A stretch of DNA of 60,348 nt, the filler included, from Candidatus Zhuqueibacterota bacterium (lineage in GTDB: Bacteria > BS750m-G25): NCBI GenBank assembly GCA_016783505.1. It is 5 parts of 5 records of this genome, joined end to end, with 100 filler letters (N's around TTAATTAATTAA, not from the genome) between each part and the next. Parts side by side here need not be neighbours in the genome. Positions count along the whole stretch, not along the records: positions 54,264 to 60,348 come from JADHWK010000084.1; 4 more parts are not named here. One strand, 5' to 3'. The notes under the pieces are model-generated. The model was not told the DNA's origin and made no database searches. It saw only the letters and a program-made list of their open reading frames with translations. Numbering within the stretch: the first letter of the stretch is position 1; every line of letters starts with the position of its first letter. The position numbers were made by a program, and so were the translations under genes. Positions 58,057 through 60,348 of the stretch are shown in pieces.

Positions 58057-58683
58057 TTACTTACTCGCGCTTAGAATCTGGTCATTCATTTTTTCCAAGG
58101 CATACACCAAGCTACCCCTGACTGATTCGATAAGTTCAAATTTCCCGGCGCTTCCGGCTTGGAAACCTCCCATAGCACCGCCGCCGCCACCACGATAACC
58201 GATCTCTTTAGAATATTGCCCAACAGATGATCCCTCCGTTAATACGGACCAATTCTTATCATATAATTTATAGACTAATTCTGTTGTGCTTGACCATTCT
58301 TTTACCGCAAGGGGGAAAATTTTTGTCGTCCTCAACTCAATGTCAGTCTTCTGACCAAATTCAATTGTAATGATTCTGTCAATATCTTGAGGTGCTTTGT
58401 TTTTATCTATAAAAAGAGAAACAGATGAAAAGACTTTTCCCAAAGATGCAACAGCTTCCGATTCAATAGCTTCACCTAGCAAAGCTTTATTAATACCTAC
58501 TCCCACAGGCATCATATAAGCCTTCGTTTTATCGCTGAGGTAGAGGCCTGCTTTAAGAGGTATTATTTCTGATCTGCCCGTATACGAAGCTAAGTCGCGC
58601 TTAATGACGTATCTTTCTCCCTGACAGCTCATTAAAAAAGTTAAAATCATTAACACTAATAAACCGATATTTTTTAGTTTCAT
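58057..58683 (-). CDS. Hypothetical lipoprotein, cassette gene
   Basis: MKLK + hydrophobic stretch + LMSC; RBS GAGGAGG. Confidence 0.78.
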   Translation of the reverse strand: MKLKNIGLLVLMILTFLMSCQGERYVIKRDLASYTGRSEIIPLKAGLYLSDKTKAYMMPVGVGINKALLGEAIESEAVASLGKVFSSVSLFIDKNKAPQDIDRIITIEFGQKTDIELRTTKIFPLAVKEWSSTTELVYKLYDKNWSVLTEGSSVGQYSKEIGYRGGGGGAMGGFQAGSAGKFELIESVRGSLVYALEKMNDQILSASK

Positions 58684-58741
58684 CGTCGCGTCCTCCTCAC
58701 CTTATTATTTCAAAGTAATTATGCAAAAATTAATCTTGCGG

Positions 58742-58804
58742 GCCTAACGCATAAGGTCAGCGGCGGGCAGCTTTTTGCCCGTCCGCTGTAGTGAGTTGTT
58801 AGGC
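58742..58804 (-). other. attC site (63 bp)
   Basis: GCCTAAC...CAGCGGACGGGCA-AAAAGC-TGCCCGCCGCTG...GTTAGGC. Confidence 0.92.
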
Positions 58805-58865
58805 AAAATAAATCTGTCCCCTTTTACGTTTTATAGATACAAGTCACAAAGAACAAATGATCGAT

Positions 58866-59516
58866 TTATTTTGACAAAACAGAAACATAATCATGCATAA
58901 AGTCATTCATCATTTCTGTTGCTAGGTTGTTACAGGCAATTTTGAGCATGACTTCATGAATTTGCTCCTGTGGAATTACACTCTTATCCTTCTCCTCACT
59001 CATTATAGTATGTTTTTTCTCCCAAATACTCTTTGAAGTTCTTGCATCAACGATTTTCAAATTTGCTGATGCAATAGCATAACCTTCCCAATTAGTATTG
59101 GCAAAACCTAGTGCTATGGGTGAGGTTACAATAAAGGCAGTAAAATAGGCTATAGCTATATTCCTATCACCTGCATTTGAACCAGCTACAAACTTGTCTA
59201 TTTCACCAGTGATAATATAATCAATACTTTCCTGTACTGATGAGTCGATATCTTCATTCACTGAACGATTATAAATAACCTGAAATCCCTTAGATCCTTC
59301 TAAGCATTCTTTAACCGTCTGCTTGAAACATTCCCCGCCTTGGTTCTTGAATCCTTTTATTAATACATTTTTTACTTTTGTAAATCCGCTCAGATATTTC
59401 CGTTCCGTTAATTTCGTCGTTGGTTGAAAATTCGTGGAACAACCATATAAAGAAATCAGGATTAAAATTATGAACAACCTTAAGTTTCTCAAATACTTAT
59501 AATTATTCACATTCAT
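58866..59516 (-). CDS. Lipoprotein (CsgG/LpoB/DUF799-like fold, tentative), cassette gene
   Basis: Lipobox LYGC; DYIITGEI...LKIVDARTSKSIW. Confidence 0.72.
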   Translation of the reverse strand: MNVNNYKYLRNLRLFIILILISLYGCSTNFQPTTKLTERKYLSGFTKVKNVLIKGFKNQGGECFKQTVKECLEGSKGFQVIYNRSVNEDIDSSVQESIDYIITGEIDKFVAGSNAGDRNIAIAYFTAFIVTSPIALGFANTNWEGYAIASANLKIVDARTSKSIWEKKHTIMSEEKDKSVIPQEQIHEVMLKIACNNLATEMMNDFMHDYVSVLSK

Positions 59517-59541
59517 ATATCCACCAGTTGTTAATCCTATA

Positions 59542-60195
59542 TTATTGTGCCTTCTCTATCTTTCCACCAGTCGAAATACGTTTCATAAATGAAGCTTGAC
59601 CTTCCGCAATCAGATTTAGAAAGTTTATTAGAAAATCTTTACTATCGCCACCGAATCCGCCCATAAATCCGACACGTCTATCAGATGATTTATAAAGGAT
59701 CTTTTTTGTTTCTGGTGCTCGGATATCTATTTCAACTTGAGCCTTTGCTGCTCCTGCACCAAAACCGACAAAATATCTTAATGCTCTATTACCAGGTTCT
59801 AATTCTGAAAGAGATGACTCCAAAACAAGGGTTTTTCCAGTCTGCTTATTAGGGTCTGAAATAGCAGCGGTGTCATCAGTAACTTTAGTAAATAATCCGG
59901 TATTATTCATATTTTTGATTAATTGCTTTATAAAATAAATATTTAGCTCTTCAAGATCAATATCAGTTTTTGGTATATTTGGCGAAATAGGTAAGCCAGA
60001 TATGATTAAAGTTTCATACCCTTTAAAATCAAAACCTGGGGATAAATATACCATCCCAGCATCTTTATCTTCTATCATCTGAAAATCTTTATGAGAAATA
60101 TTTTCTACGGGAGTCATTCTATGAGCACCACAACCAATAAGTGACAACAACAATAAAGCTAAAACAATCTTTTTCATTTTCATTCTCCTTTTCAT
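59542..60195 (-). CDS. DUF4410/DUF3313-like lipoprotein, cassette gene
   Basis: Lipobox LIGC; PGNRALRYFVGFGAGAA. Start may be 60183 or 60177. Confidence 0.8.
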   Translation of the reverse strand: MKRRMKMKKIVLALLLLSLIGCGAHRMTPVENISHKDFQMIEDKDAGMVYLSPGFDFKGYETLIISGLPISPNIPKTDIDLEELNIYFIKQLIKNMNNTGLFTKVTDDTAAISDPNKQTGKTLVLESSLSELEPGNRALRYFVGFGAGAAKAQVEIDIRAPETKKILYKSSDRRVGFMGGFGGDSKDFLINFLNLIAEGQASFMKRISTGGKIEKAQ

Positions 60196-60205
60196 TTTTA
60201 TTAGG

Positions 60206-60333
60206 GCCTAACGGGCAGCGAGATGAGCCGCCGTCGGTTGGGGGCGGAAATTGCATGCTAATGCAATTTTCCGTGCCAACCGACCGAGCGGAGCGAAGCC
60301 CGGAGGGGGTCGGCTCGATTGAGTTTGATAGGC
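60206..60333 (-). other. attC site (128 bp) with non-canonical R''
   Basis: GCCTATC...GAGCCG...GTCGGTTGG...CCAACCGAC-GGCGGCTC...GTTAGGC. Confidence 0.75.
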
Positions 60334-60348
60334 GGAGCGCCTTTGGCG

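Larger units (their letters stand above)
54264..60348 (-). mobile_element. Integron gene-cassette array (no intI in the window)
   Basis: Six attC sites, all genes co-oriented, and each cassette's R'' is complementary to its own leading R'. Confidence 0.92.

Noticed and set aside
58805-58872. 10-bp inverted repeat aaaataaatc/gatttatttt as a complete MITE
   Set aside because: Short, AT-rich and overlapping a stop codon; the right copy lacks the GGGGACA part, so chance cannot be excluded.
1-60348. CRISPR array or cas genes
   Set aside because: No run of equal-length direct repeats with unique spacers and no Cas-like ORF; the repeats are dispersed palindromes or attC sites.
1-60348. tRNA or rRNA genes
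   Set aside because: I found no cloverleaf with a T-loop consensus and no rRNA-like segment by eye; a tRNAscan-SE run would settle this.

Overview
The window is not one locus. It consists of five contigs (1-8175, 8276-16347, 16448-46505, 46606-54163, 54264-60348) joined by 100-nt N spacers, each containing an artificial TTAATTAATTAA linker, so adjacency across gaps means nothing. A T9SS-type C-terminal sorting domain, a PorV-like gene, a B12-dependent RNR and a MetV-MetF fusion suggest an anaerobic FCB-group bacterium (inference). Contigs 1-4 are mostly housekeeping or metabolic: lpdA, rtcB, tatA, a sugar-catabolism cluster (deoC, lsrF), leuCD-like, nth, a MrfA-MrfB-like fusion, radC, three GH57 genes with galT-like, ppiD and nrdJ. 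They also hold an AT-rich island (type IIG R-M-like gene coupled to a DprA/SMF-like gene, beside two decayed genes), a RAYT transposase, and many short palindromic repeats. These repeats nest inside one another up to four levels deep, and one lies in frame inside ppiD. Contig 5 is an integron cassette array with six attC sites and no integrase in view; 6 of its 8 genes encode lipoproteins. The most striking observation is a 2.28-kb three-gene cassette whose cargo is bracketed by a 22-bp inverted repeat, which would enclose the attC in the excised circle. Related REP/Y1-transposon-end-like motifs lie next to the R'' box of two more cassettes, hinting at a link between HUH-transposase ends and cassette formation or targeting.
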